DNA of 64,000 bases from Candidatus Wirthbacteria bacterium (lineage in GTDB: Bacteria; Patescibacteriota; CG2-30-54-11): positions 16,096 through 80,095 of the forward strand of contig CAISZI010000047.1 of NCBI GenBank assembly GCA_903889905.1, given 5' to 3'. A program made the position numbers and the translations under genes. The notes under the pieces are model-generated. The model saw only the letters and a list, made by a program, of their open reading frames with translations. It was not told the origin of the DNA and did no database searches. Shown here one piece after another: positions 49,097 through 59,279 of this stretch. Position 1 is the stretch's first letter. The number at the start of each line of letters is the position of its first letter.

Positions 49097-52000
49097 CTAT
49101 TTATTCCAGAACTCGTCACTATCGAGCAGTATCGCCGTTAGCTGCAGACGGTCCGTCCCCTGCTGCAACTGCCACACGAAGTAGTGTTCCCCTCCGCTAT
49201 CCGTACTGCGTTCCAATATCTGCTGATACTGTTCCTGCACATATTTGGCGTTGAATTCGTAGGAATAAAAGAAATCCCGGATCATGTCATGCTTGCTTTT
49301 GTAACCTAGCGATAATTGCGTCGTCCAATAAGATAGCCCACTCGCTTCCGCCGTCCGATTCATGAAATTCTTGTATAGCGCTGTGATAAACTGCGTATAC
49401 TCCTGTTTTAGATATTCCGGCGAATACGCAAAAGCTGCAATCAGATCTGTCTTGCTTAACCCATGCAGCATTTCGTCGGTCCAGAAATTGAGTCCCGCCG
49501 TATCCGCGTCACGGTTCATGAATTCATGGTAAATGCCACTTACGTAATGGCGGTAATACTCGTCTGTCCGGATAAAAACATCGATGATTTGTAACTTGCT
49601 CGACTTTCCACTTAACAATCGATTGTACCAGTAATGCAAACCCCCGGCTTCCACTTCCCGACCCAACGCCCGTGTATACATGCGTTTGACAAAGTTAAAG
49701 GCGCGATAGGAATATTCACTTACAATATTACTCACCGTAGCGACTGCCGAGCCTGTATTACCCGCTGCATCCTGGAAGGTGAAAGTGAAACTGGTGTTGG
49801 TGCTGAAGGTGTAAGTGCTGCTGTTGCTATTATTAGTAACTATTATCGCTTCACTTGGATTCAAGGTGGCGACAACCTGCATGGCTGGCTCCAATGTGGA
49901 AGAACTGATCGTGGCTGTAGGTGCAGTCCTGTCAATGCTGGCAATGGCGGCTGATTTCTGGTAGCTGCTGGACCCATTCTGGGCCCAGTAGCACATCGCC
50001 TTGCCGTTATCAGATTCTGAGGTAAACGTGGTACTGGCATAGGCTGCATACCCCGTTGACCCATCGCAGATATCGCTAGAATGTGCCAGTACTTTCATTG
50101 TCAGGGTCCCAATACTAGTATTGGCTGTTACTACCTTACTCTGGGCTGGATCGCTATTGGGATTTGTCACCGTGATAATGGGATTGGAAGTGTTGATTAT
50201 GAAGTTCGCATTGGTTGGTACTGAAGCTAAATTCCCGGCCGCATCATGCACCGTCGACAAACTCACGGTCGCCGTCCCGTCCACATAGGTCCCGACGTTC
50301 GCCGCATTTACCGTGTAGCCATAAGTCCAGTGCTGCCGGTCGCTGCCAACGGTCATGGTGGCGTTGCTGATATCCGTTGATCCAGGCTGATTGATCGATA
50401 TCGTGGGGCTATCGCTCGCATTCACATTCTCCGAATAGGTCGCTGTAATCGTCAGTATCCCCGCCCCAACAGGACTGGCTGGATTGTAATTTAAAGCAAC
50501 AATTGGGACGGTTGTGTCGACTGTATATGGAGACTGGGACTCGCTGCTTTGATTACCGGCGGTGTCGACAGCTTTAACGTAAAAAATATAGTTGCCTTCC
50601 CCGAGAGTTGTACCGACACTGTTAGTACCGCTAGTGCCACTGGCCATCGCCGTTCCTGTCGTGCGCCAAGAATAATGGTCAAGTCCAGAAACAGCGTCGG
50701 TCGAGGCCGTAAAGTTCCAGGTTTGACTGAGTTGATTTGTCGGCGCGGCCGGAGTTGGCGTTGGGGTACCTGGAGTGCTTGGTATAGAGGTATCTATCTT
50801 GGCTGTATTAGCTGAAGTGTAGATAGTCTGGTTGGTGGCGTTATCTGAAACTAGGTAGCGATATTGATAACAATTACCGGAAGCGACAGGAATAACTGCC
50901 ACGTCAGTCAGATTGGGGTACGCCCCATTGGTAACAATCGTTCCCCACGCACCGTAGCCGCCGCAAGTACCAGTGGATAAAGTGGCCGATCTTCTTTGAA
51001 CAGTTCGGGAAGCCGTATTAATACCTGAAATGGTATCAGTGCCATTGCCCACGGTTAAAACAACGGTGGTTGACGTGTGGTAGCCATCCGTACAATCAAT
51101 GGAGCCACCCGCTGGGGCGGTTTTGTCAACATTAGCGCCATTGGAAGTCACGGGTGTGGTATTGCAGTTGCCTAAAGCATCGCAAACATTGGGGGTAGCA
51201 ATGCAGGTTTGGGAGGTTCCTTCGGTATTTATCAAACAGGTAACAGGGGTACCGGAAGAAATCCCGCTGCCGCTACCATCAGTATACGTAAAGGTTGACG
51301 TGTAGTTTCCAGTGTACCAACCGGAGAAGGTGGTTTTTGAAGACAAGGTTGGCGCTGTAGTATCGTAAAAAGTGCTATCACTCGCCGTTCCTGATTCGAG
51401 ACTACCGGAATTTTTAAGCTTGGCGGTGATCGTCTTCGCACCGTCGGAAGCCGCGCACCCCGTGGCGCCACTAGTCAGATTAAAGGAAGAGATGGAATCC
51501 GAGTAAGCGATCCAGGATGACCAATGGGTACCACCATCACAAGAAAAAGCGACGTGGCTGGGAGACCCGGAGGAGACAATGGAGATTGTGGGGGTAGGGC
51601 TTTTGGTGTAGCCGACAGTGTCGGAAATAGTGATGGACGTTAAGTTCGGAGCTGGCGCTCCTGTACTGTAAACGACAGAATTATCCGAACTGGTTGAAGC
51701 CTCGTTGACATTGCCAGTAGCTCCTGTCGCCACCCCCGCTGTCAAAGCAGCAATCACAGTTCCTGAGCCAGTCATACCGGTCACGGCGATGTTGTAGGTG
51801 GTGCCGCTGCCGGTGACTGAAGCTGTCGTGGCTCCAGCCGTTCCAGTGAGAATGACGTCGCCGATGGCAAAGTCTGAGACCGCTTCGCTAAAGATGACTG
51901 TAAAGTTGATCGGGGAACTACTCGTGGGATCGACTTGGTCGGCCGCTTGATTAATAGTCACGGTGATATCAGGCTTCACTTTGACCGCAATGTCCCTCGT

Positions 52001-53974
52001 GAAACTGGGAACCGTGACCACTAAAGACCCAGAGTTGTGAACTTGACGCGAAGAGATAAGTATCCCGACCCAAGTGTCCCAAAACTCAACTTTGTAATTA
52101 CCGACTGCCAAGTTGCTGACGGTGAGATTGACGCCGGTCGAGTCCGAAGGAGTGGCGCTCGATTCAATGCTGCTCGTATTTTGCAGCCATACCAGAGCTT
52201 TATGGTTACTCCCGAATCCCACCGCATAAATACTGCCGTTATCTGTAGAAACGTTCGCCCTTGACTGAACCGCTGTCAAAGAACCAAAATCGATTTCAAA
52301 GTTTTCCGATGACACGTATGCCTGGACTGCCGCCAAACTTGGTAAGTTATTACCTGGATACTTGGGTAAAACATAGTAAGGCCAAATTGACAGCCCCCGC
52401 ATCATCGCCGCCCACTGGGCGTTGTGGTAACCAATCCCGCTGGTGTCAGCTTTGTCTGCGGTACCGGATCCGGTTAAATCCAGGCCCCATTCACCAATCA
52501 CCCATGGCATCGCGATGCGGCCGGTGATTGTTTCCGCAATACCTACCACACCACGCACATTGCGATTGACCTGATTGGTCATCTGAGGAAGCATATAAAC
52601 ATGTTGAGAGGCAACATTATAGGTTCCATCAACAAACGTGTTATTGGCAACGAGATTGAACGGACTGTTGCCCGTGATATATGCCTGAGGAGACCATTCG
52701 CTGGTACCAATTAAGTGCTGGTTGGGATCCAGACTGCGGATATAGGCGGCCATTTCGGCTGACCAGGATTTACAGGCTGCGATGACCTGATCACGATAAG
52801 TAGAACCACGACTATTACCAACACTTTCGAACACTCCATCCAGTTCAGATAACATTTCTATTGTTGAGATATTCGGCGAATATCCCCAACGGCTGACAAA
52901 ATATCGCAGTTCCTGCTTATAAAGTCGTTTGGCTTCGGAATTTGTAAAGAAAGCCAAAGTGTCTGTAGCCGGCCCGCCATTGGCAGCATTGTAGGGATTA
53001 TGATCCCAACCGTTGTCGCCAGTCATCGTTTCGTTGACAGCGGCACCATTAATAATATTAATATTATTGTAGATACCCAGGCTGGCACTCAGTTCAATCA
53101 GATTGTCCATCTGCTGAGCACTCATCTGATTGATACTGCTTAACCCCGAATATCCGGGGTAGACAGAATAAGTCAAGCTTTCTTTGTTGAGCCAGCGCAG
53201 AGCGGCATTGCGTGAAGAACCCATCAGATAGCTCGCCGTGTTCCCGCCCGCTGTGGCCAGTTGCCGGTAGGCATTTTCTTCCTGGCCAATCGATTGCCCG
53301 TTGAAGGTGAGTTGATAGTGATAAGAATCGCCAGCACGCATCGGTTCGTCACCCTTGGTGTAAGTGGGGGCGATATTCTGACCCAGTGGATAATAAAAGG
53401 ACCCGTTTTGAAAGGTCAAAAACTTACCCGAATTGCCGAAACCAATAAATCCCTTGCTGGTACTGGTGTTTACCTGAAAACTGGGAATGGCCGTGGTTAT
53501 GGTCTGATAGGAAGCGGTTATCACGCGCAAAGTTCCGGTGTACGGACCAACTTTCTGAGGAGCAAAACGGACTTTCCACACCCCCGTCCCGGGATTGGTA
53601 AAGTAGTTGTAGTTGCCAGAGCTGTAATGTAGAAAGGTCTCAGTGTAAGGAACATCATAAAAACCATAAACCGTCACGGAGCTACCAGTGGGTGGATTAA
53701 AGGTCACTTCAACAGAGATGCTACTGGGATCGTAAGGATTGGCAAAAGTTTGGTCAAGCGAAAAAGTTAATTCCACCTTGTCATCTTTGTTGACGGTATC
53801 ACTGTTGATTGTTAAACCCGATAGATGCAGTACCGGAAGCAAATTATAAGTTACCGAACTATCACTACTGGTCGCCGCGGCACAAAGCCTGGTCCCGCCA
53901 ACGACCAGAACGATCGTCAGCAGTGCATAAACCGGCAATCGAACCATCATTTTCTTCATGGTTCCTCCCGGCAA
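49097..53974 (-). CDS. Giant (1625 aa) cell-surface protein: signal peptide, GH5-like TIM-barrel glycoside-hydrolase domain, multiple Ig/FN3-like beta domains, four C-terminal DUF4214 repeats
   Basis: N-terminal signal peptide (LLTIVLVVGGTRLCAAA); GH-like region with a VIGEWGLD nucleophile-type motif; Thr/Ser-rich beta repeats; ~70-aa repeats with the Y-x-x-x-L-x-R-x-x-[DE]-x-x-G-L-x-[YF]-W consensus at the C-terminus. Confidence 0.8.
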   Translation of the reverse strand: MPGGTMKKMMVRLPVYALLTIVLVVGGTRLCAAATSSDSSVTYNLLPVLHLSGLTINSDTVNKDDKVELTFSLDQTFANPYDPSSISVEVTFNPPTGSSVTVYGFYDVPYTETFLHYSSGNYNYFTNPGTGVWKVRFAPQKVGPYTGTLRVITASYQTITTAIPSFQVNTSTSKGFIGFGNSGKFLTFQNGSFYYPLGQNIAPTYTKGDEPMRAGDSYHYQLTFNGQSIGQEENAYRQLATAGGNTASYLMGSSRNAALRWLNKESLTYSVYPGYSGLSSINQMSAQQMDNLIELSASLGIYNNINIINGAAVNETMTGDNGWDHNPYNAANGGPATDTLAFFTNSEAKRLYKQELRYFVSRWGYSPNISTIEMLSELDGVFESVGNSRGSTYRDQVIAACKSWSAEMAAYIRSLDPNQHLIGTSEWSPQAYITGNSPFNLVANNTFVDGTYNVASQHVYMLPQMTNQVNRNVRGVVGIAETITGRIAMPWVIGEWGLDLTGSGTADKADTSGIGYHNAQWAAMMRGLSIWPYYVLPKYPGNNLPSLAAVQAYVSSENFEIDFGSLTAVQSRANVSTDNGSIYAVGFGSNHKALVWLQNTSSIESSATPSDSTGVNLTVSNLAVGNYKVEFWDTWVGILISSRQVHNSGSLVVTVPSFTRDIAVKVKPDITVTINQAADQVDPTSSSPINFTVIFSEAVSDFAIGDVILTGTAGATTASVTGSGTTYNIAVTGMTGSGTVIAALTAGVATGATGNVNEASTSSDNSVVYSTGAPAPNLTSITISDTVGYTKSPTPTISIVSSGSPSHVAFSCDGGTHWSSWIAYSDSISSFNLTSGATGCAASDGAKTITAKLKNSGSLESGTASDSTFYDTTAPTLSSKTTFSGWYTGNYTSTFTYTDGSGSGISSGTPVTCLINTEGTSQTCIATPNVCDALGNCNTTPVTSNGANVDKTAPAGGSIDCTDGYHTSTTVVLTVGNGTDTISGINTASRTVQRRSATLSTGTCGGYGAWGTIVTNGAYPNLTDVAVIPVASGNCYQYRYLVSDNATNQTIYTSANTAKIDTSIPSTPGTPTPTPAAPTNQLSQTWNFTASTDAVSGLDHYSWRTTGTAMASGTSGTNSVGTTLGEGNYIFYVKAVDTAGNQSSESQSPYTVDTTVPIVALNYNPASPVGAGILTITATYSENVNASDSPTISINQPGSTDISNATMTVGSDRQHWTYGYTVNAANVGTYVDGTATVSLSTVHDAAGNLASVPTNANFIINTSNPIITVTNPNSDPAQSKVVTANTSIGTLTMKVLAHSSDICDGSTGYAAYASTTFTSESDNGKAMCYWAQNGSSSYQKSAAIASIDRTAPTATISSSTLEPAMQVVATLNPSEAIIVTNNSNSSTYTFSTNTSFTFTFQDAAGNTGSAVATVSNIVSEYSYRAFNFVKRMYTRALGREVEAGGLHYWYNRLLSGKSSKLQIIDVFIRTDEYYRHYVSGIYHEFMNRDADTAGLNFWTDEMLHGLSKTDLIAAFAYSPEYLKQEYTQFITALYKNFMNRTAEASGLSYWTTQLSLGYKSKHDMIRDFFYSYEFNAKYVQEQYQQILERSTDSGGEHYFVWQLQQGTDRLQLTAILLDSDEFWNK

Positions 53975-54277
53975 ACCATGAAGAAAAAAGTTGAAAGCGA
54001 CAAAAATGGGAACCTGTTATTTCGCACATGATAAACTTGTAAAATATCAAATGGAAACCTGGTCAACTATATCACAATTTGATGAATTTTGCTCCATTAC
54101 CTGACAAAGGCACAGGCCTATTCCCTCTTCCTCCGGTTTAACCTTTAGCCTTCCTGTCCTTCGTAGTTGCTGCAGCGACGGAGGATCACCTAACGCCTTA
54201 AGCCTCCCAATCGGTAATCCCGACTAATTTCCTCCACAATTCATCGTAAAATAATTGCGTTTACGAGTTCTGTTTAT

Positions 54278-54286
54278 TTGCTATAA
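54278..54286 (+). promoter_or_regulatory. Extended -10 promoter element (TGcTATAAT) upstream of the hydrogenase locus
   Basis: tgcTATAAT about 45 nt upstream of the ATG at 54329. Confidence 0.45.
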
Positions 54287-54328
54287 TACTTTCGTTTGAG
54301 CATTTAACACCTAAACACAAGGCCCCAT

Positions 54329-54784
54329 ATGACCGACGTCAATGCCATTGACCAAATCATCGGCAAGCACGGCAACAAACAGGAAGCCATTATCCCGATT
54401 CTGCAGGACATCCAGGAACAACGCGGTTATCTGCCACGCGAGGACCTCGAGGAAGTTGCCCGCAAGACCGGTCTTTCGCTCAACAAAATCTACGGCGTGG
54501 CCACCTTTTATTCCCAGTTTTCCATGAAACCTCGCGGCCAATTCATCATCAGTGTCTGCACCGGCACCGCCTGCCACGTCAAGGGCAGCGATAAATTACT
54601 CGTCTACCTCGAACAAAAGCTAGGTATCAAAGCCGGCGAAGTGACTCAGGACGGCAAATTCGGCCTCGGCGACCTGCGCTGCATCGGTGCCTGCTCCCTG
54701 GCCCCGGCGATCATGATCAACTCCAAAGTCTACGGCAACATGACCAACGCCAAAATCGACGAAGTGCTCAAAACGCTCGAATAA
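54329..54784 (+). CDS. [2Fe-2S] thioredoxin-like ferredoxin subunit (NuoE/HndA-type) of an NAD(P)H-dependent [FeFe] hydrogenase
   Basis: Four Cys in CTGTAC ... CIGAC; NuoE-family 24-kDa-subunit fold; 151 aa. Confidence 0.9.
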   Translation: MTDVNAIDQIIGKHGNKQEAIIPILQDIQEQRGYLPREDLEEVARKTGLSLNKIYGVATFYSQFSMKPRGQFIISVCTGTACHVKGSDKLLVYLEQKLGIKAGEVTQDGKFGLGDLRCIGACSLAPAIMINSKVYGNMTNAKIDEVLKTLE

Positions 54785-54808
54785 TTCTTCTTTATTGACA
54801 TTTCCAGC

Positions 54809-55549
54809 ATGAGCGACCCCAAAAACATAGCCAGCATATACAACGAATTTGGTGCTTACTACCACGACTCGCGTAAAAAATCATCCGGTAGACTGCACAA
54901 CGAGTTCATTGATATTCCCACCACCCTTTCGTTGTTACCCAAAGATCTACAGGGAATAACCATTTTGGATGCCGGTTGCGGTTCGGGCATTTATGCCAAC
55001 CTGCTGGCGGGCAAAGGGGCAAAAGTAACCGGACTGGATATCAGTGACAAAATGATCGAAATTGCCAGACGCGAAACACCACCAGAATTCAACATAGCGT
55101 ACCATGTCGGGAGTTTAGATGCACTTCCCTTCACAGCCGCATCCTTTGATATCATTATCTGTACCTATGTGCTGGAAAATGTTGAGGATATCAGCCAGGT
55201 CTTTAGACAATTTTATTCTGTCCTGAAACCCAAAGGAACCTGCATTTTTTCGGTCTCTCACCCACTGCGGGCCAACAGTCAGAAGATGGTCCAAGACGGT
55301 CAGGAAGTGTGGATCGTTGAGAATTACTTTGAAACAGGTGTCCGTGAGTCAGATTTCGGTGGTGGCATGTTTGTCCCCAAATACAAACGAACCATTCAAA
55401 ACTATGTCGATGCGCTTGCTTCCGCAAACTTCGTCATCGACAAACTGCTTGAGCCACAACCGGCCCCCGCGGGCAAGGAAGTAGATCAGCAGGGTTATGC
55501 CAAGGCTATGAGGCTTCCCCAGGTTTTGACCATGCGGTTAACAAAATAA
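54809..55549 (+). CDS. Class I SAM-dependent methyltransferase
   Basis: Motif I ILDAGCGSGIY and post-I acidic loop (GLDISD); 246 aa; located between the hydrogenase subunit genes. Confidence 0.85.
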   Translation: MSDPKNIASIYNEFGAYYHDSRKKSSGRLHNEFIDIPTTLSLLPKDLQGITILDAGCGSGIYANLLAGKGAKVTGLDISDKMIEIARRETPPEFNIAYHVGSLDALPFTAASFDIIICTYVLENVEDISQVFRQFYSVLKPKGTCIFSVSHPLRANSQKMVQDGQEVWIVENYFETGVRESDFGGGMFVPKYKRTIQNYVDALASANFVIDKLLEPQPAPAGKEVDQQGYAKAMRLPQVLTMRLTK

Positions 55550-55574
55550 ACTTTTTAAATAGATAGGTGCCAGC

Positions 55575-57380
55575 ATGAGCGATTTACAAAACTTTTCCCT
55601 GTCCGCCGAAGAACGAAAGTTCAAGCGCGATACCAGCCTCACCCAGAACTACATCAAGGTCGGTGTTGCCACCTGTGGCATTGCATCTGGCGCCAACTAC
55701 ACTCTGGATAGCTTCAAAACCGAAACCGCAAGCCAGTGCGTTCAGGTTGACATTCTACCCACCGGTTGCGTGGGCAGCTGCCACGCCGAGCCCTGGGTCG
55801 AACTGCGCTGGAATGGCGAAAACTACTACTACCACAACCTCACCCAAGACCAGGTCCCCGCACTCGTCGCCAGCCTCAAAGACGGCAAACCCACCGACAA
55901 GAACTTATATGCCACCTCCGGCACTCTCTATCAGCAGCCTTATTTCCAAAAACAAATCAAACTGGTCAGCCGCAACTGCGGCGTCATCAATCCCGAATCG
56001 TTTGCTGACTACCTGCTGTTCGAAGGCTACCAAGGTCTGCAAAAAGCCCTGACCATGACCCAGGAACAAGTTATCGCCGTCGTCGCCGAATCCAAACTCA
56101 GAGGCCGTGGCGGCGCTGGTTTCCCGACGGCCACCAAGTGGTCTTTCATGCTCAAAAACGAAGAAAAAGAACGTTACCTGGTCTGCAATTTTGACGAAGG
56201 CGATCCCGGGGCCTTCATGAACCGTTCGTTGGTGGAGGGCGACCCCTTCCGTCTGATCGAAGGCATGACCATCGCCGCCTACGCCATGGGCGCCCAAAAA
56301 GGCTACATCTATGGCCGCGCCGAATATCCACTCGCCATCAAACGCCTGCAGATGGCCATCGAAACCGCCCGCGCCACCAATCTGCTCGGCACCAATATCC
56401 TCGGCAAAGGGTTTGACTTTGACATTGAAATCAAAAAGGGCGCCGGCGCCTTTGTCTGTGGCGAAGAAACCGCGTTGATGCAATCGATCGAAGGCAACCG
56501 CGGCATGCCCAGACCCCGTCCTCCGTTTCCCGCCCAAAAAGGCCTCTGGCACAAACCCACCACGATCAACAACGTCGAGACATTGTGCCATGTGGCCACC
56601 ATGTTCCAGTTTGGCACCGAGGATTACAAACGCCTGGGCAATGAAAAAACCGGCGGCACCAAAATGATTTGCCTCACCGGCGACATTCTCCGTACGGGCG
56701 TCATCGAAGTTCCCATTGCCATTTCGCTCAAAGACATCATTTTTGAAATTGCCGGTGGCAGCCCCAATGGTTTCAAAGCCGTGCAGCTCGGCGGCCCCAG
56801 CGGCGGTTGCGTCCCCATGGATGTGATCGACACCCCGCTCGACTACGAAGCCATCAACGCCCTTGGCGCCATCATGGGCTCCGGCGGCATGGTGGTGATT
56901 GACCAGACCAAAGACATGGTCAGCCTGGCGCTATTTTTCCTCAATTTCACCAAAGACGAATCCTGCGGCAAATGCACGCCCTGCCGCGAAGGCACCTTCC
57001 GCATGGCCGAAATCATCGAAAAAATCATGGATGGCAATGGCAAAGAAGAAGACATTACCAAACTGGAAACCCTCGCCAACGTCATCATAGACAGCGCTGC
57101 CTGCGGACTGGGGCAAACCGCTCCCAAACCAGTTTTGAGCACACTGCGCTATTTCCGCCACGAATGGGAAGAATATATCTCCGGCGTCCGCAACCGCAAC
57201 AAACAACCCACCTTTACCATCAACGACAAATGCATTGGCTGTACCAAATGTGCCCGTGTCTGCCCTGTGCCCTGCATCGCCGGCAAAGTCAAGGAATTAC
57301 ACGTCATCGACCAGGCCGCTTGCATCCATTGCGGCAGCTGCTTCCAAGTCTGCCCGGTCAAAGCCATTACCAAATCCTAA
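55575..57380 (+). CDS. NAD(P)H-binding flavoprotein subunit (NuoF/HndC-type) with a fused N-terminal thioredoxin-like [2Fe-2S] (HndB-like) domain and C-terminal 2x[4Fe-4S]
   Basis: GRGGAGFPT FMN/NADH motif; CGKCTPCREG N3-type cluster; C-terminal CIGCTKCARVCP and CIHCGSCFQVCP ferredoxin motifs; N-terminal CGxxxxxxxC...CxxxC thioredoxin-like ferredoxin. Confidence 0.9.
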   Translation: MSDLQNFSLSAEERKFKRDTSLTQNYIKVGVATCGIASGANYTLDSFKTETASQCVQVDILPTGCVGSCHAEPWVELRWNGENYYYHNLTQDQVPALVASLKDGKPTDKNLYATSGTLYQQPYFQKQIKLVSRNCGVINPESFADYLLFEGYQGLQKALTMTQEQVIAVVAESKLRGRGGAGFPTATKWSFMLKNEEKERYLVCNFDEGDPGAFMNRSLVEGDPFRLIEGMTIAAYAMGAQKGYIYGRAEYPLAIKRLQMAIETARATNLLGTNILGKGFDFDIEIKKGAGAFVCGEETALMQSIEGNRGMPRPRPPFPAQKGLWHKPTTINNVETLCHVATMFQFGTEDYKRLGNEKTGGTKMICLTGDILRTGVIEVPIAISLKDIIFEIAGGSPNGFKAVQLGGPSGGCVPMDVIDTPLDYEAINALGAIMGSGGMVVIDQTKDMVSLALFFLNFTKDESCGKCTPCREGTFRMAEIIEKIMDGNGKEEDITKLETLANVIIDSAACGLGQTAPKPVLSTLRYFRHEWEEYISGVRNRNKQPTFTINDKCIGCTKCARVCPVPCIAGKVKELHVIDQAACIHCGSCFQVCPVKAITKS

Positions 57381-57407
57381 CCTGAACATATAAAAACGGA
57401 GATATTC

Positions 57408-59138
57408 ATGGCGACTGTTAATCTCACCATTGATGGCAACAAGGTCCAGGCTGAAGCTGGCAAAACCATTCTGCAGGTCTCACGCGAAAACGGGCTCAAC
57501 ATCCCCGCGTTTTGCAACCAGCCTTTTCTAGAACCCAAAGCCTCCTGCCGCATGTGCGTCGTCGAAGTCAAAGGCGCCCGCTCTCTGGTCACCGCCTGTT
57601 CCACGCCCGTCGGCGAAGGCATGGAAATCAAAACCCACAGTGACCGCGTCGACACCTCCCGTCGCGTCATCCTCGAACTGCTTCTGGCCAACCACGCCAC
57701 CTACTGCCCCACCTGCCACGCCCGCGAAAAATGCTTATTACTCAAATACTCCCGTCGTTATGGCGTGGAAAAAGTGCATTACTTTGGCAAAAAACGTGAA
57801 ACCGAAGCCTGCTCCGACTTTGACAGCATCATCGAACGCGACCAGGCCAAATGCATCCTCTGCGGCAAATGCGTCGAAGTCTGCCGCCAGGTGATCGGTG
57901 TCGAAGCGATTGATTTCAAAAACCGTGGTTTCAAAACCCAGATCGGTACCGCCTTTGACAAAAAACTCAAAGACACCCGCTGCATCAACTGTGGCCAGTG
58001 CGTCAATGGCTGCCCCACTGGTGCTATTTATGTGCGCTCTGATGTGGCGGCTGTTCAAAAAGAATTAAGAGACCCGACCCGCAAGGTTATTTTCCAGACC
58101 GCTCCCTCGATCCGCGCCGCGATTGGCGAAGAATTCGGCATTCCAGCTGGCACGATTACGACAGGCAAGATGGTGACAGCACTACGGCGATTGGGCGCGC
58201 ACAAGGTTTACCAGACCGATTTCGGCGCCGACCTCACAATCATGGAAGAAGGCCACGAATTCATCCGCCGTTTCACCGCCAACGACAAAATCCCCATGTT
58301 CACTTCCTGCTGCCCAGCCTGGCAGAAATACATCGAGGAATTCTACCCCGATCTGCTCCCGAACTTAAGCTCCTGCAAAAGTCCTCACCAGATGACCGGC
58401 GCCGTGATCAAGCATCACTATGCCGAAAAGATGGGACTCACCAAAGAAGAAGTCACGGTCGTCAGCATCATGCCTTGCAGTGCCAAAAAGTGGGAGATCA
58501 CTCGTCCTGGCTGCTGTACCAAGGAACTGGCTGATGTGGATTATGTCCTCACCACTCGTGAATTTGCCGACATCATCAAAGCCCAGAATATCGATTTCGC
58601 CAAATTGCCGGATGAAGAATTTGACTCCGTTGTTGGTCAAAGCACTGGCGCAGGCGAAATGTTTGCTGTCACTGGTGGTGTCATGGAAGCCGCTCTCCGC
58701 ACTGTGGCTGTCAAGGTCCTGAAACGCCCACTCGAAAAAGTTGACTTCATGGCAGTGCGTGGCATGAAACGCGTCAAGGAAGCCACAATCGATCTCGATG
58801 GCACCAAGGTCAACATCCTCGTCGTCTCCGGACTTGCCAATGCCAAACCGTTCCTGGACGACATCCGCGCCGGCAAAAGCAAATATCACTTCATCGAAGT
58901 CATGAATTGCCCGGCGGGTTGTATCAACGGTGGCGGTATGCCATTTTACGAAGACTTCGCCGTCATCCAGAAGCGCTACGACGCCATCATCGGCGACGAC
59001 AAAGGCCATCCCATCCGTTCCTCCCACGAAAACCCGGCCATTTTGGAACTCTACACCGACTGGCTCAAAGAACCCAATGGCGAAATGGCGCACCACTATC
59101 TGCACACGCCGTATATTGATAGAAGTGACGTGATTTAA
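57408..59138 (+). CDS. hydA: [FeFe] hydrogenase catalytic subunit (HydA/HndD-type, M3 architecture)
   Basis: H-cluster motifs TSCCPAW (L1), MPCSAKK (L2), EVMNCPAGCINGGG (L3); N-terminal plant-type 2Fe-2S and two 4Fe-4S ferredoxin motifs. Confidence 0.95.
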   Translation: MATVNLTIDGNKVQAEAGKTILQVSRENGLNIPAFCNQPFLEPKASCRMCVVEVKGARSLVTACSTPVGEGMEIKTHSDRVDTSRRVILELLLANHATYCPTCHAREKCLLLKYSRRYGVEKVHYFGKKRETEACSDFDSIIERDQAKCILCGKCVEVCRQVIGVEAIDFKNRGFKTQIGTAFDKKLKDTRCINCGQCVNGCPTGAIYVRSDVAAVQKELRDPTRKVIFQTAPSIRAAIGEEFGIPAGTITTGKMVTALRRLGAHKVYQTDFGADLTIMEEGHEFIRRFTANDKIPMFTSCCPAWQKYIEEFYPDLLPNLSSCKSPHQMTGAVIKHHYAEKMGLTKEEVTVVSIMPCSAKKWEITRPGCCTKELADVDYVLTTREFADIIKAQNIDFAKLPDEEFDSVVGQSTGAGEMFAVTGGVMEAALRTVAVKVLKRPLEKVDFMAVRGMKRVKEATIDLDGTKVNILVVSGLANAKPFLDDIRAGKSKYHFIEVMNCPAGCINGGGMPFYEDFAVIQKRYDAIIGDDKGHPIRSSHENPAILELYTDWLKEPNGEMAHHYLHTPYIDRSDVI

Positions 59139-59146
59139 AGATACGT

Positions 59147-59279
59147 AACGCCCCCTGCCCCCTCTTAGCCTAAGAGGGGGTAAGATTATAAAAATCCCCT
59201 CGTCCAGAAACGGACCAGGGGATTTTTCGTATATCCTTCATGTCCCCCCGCTTAAGCTAAGCGGGGGCTAGGGGGCGTT
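59147..59279. repeat. Symmetric palindromic element: a 10-bp outer inverted repeat enclosing two GC-clamped hairpins that flank a central bidirectional terminator hairpin
   Basis: AACGCCCCCT ... AGGGGGCGTT outer repeat; CCCCCTCTTAG-cc-TAAGAGGGGG; AAAAATCCCCT ... AGGGGATTTTT; CCCCCGCTTA-agc-TAAGCGGGGG; lies between hydA (+) and the IMPase gene (-). Confidence 0.7.

Noticed and set aside
55905-56591. 228-aa minus-strand ORF (similar shadow ORFs at 57738-58058 and 58365-59105)
   Set aside because: Antisense to the NuoF-like and hydA genes, both of which carry complete cofactor-binding motifs.
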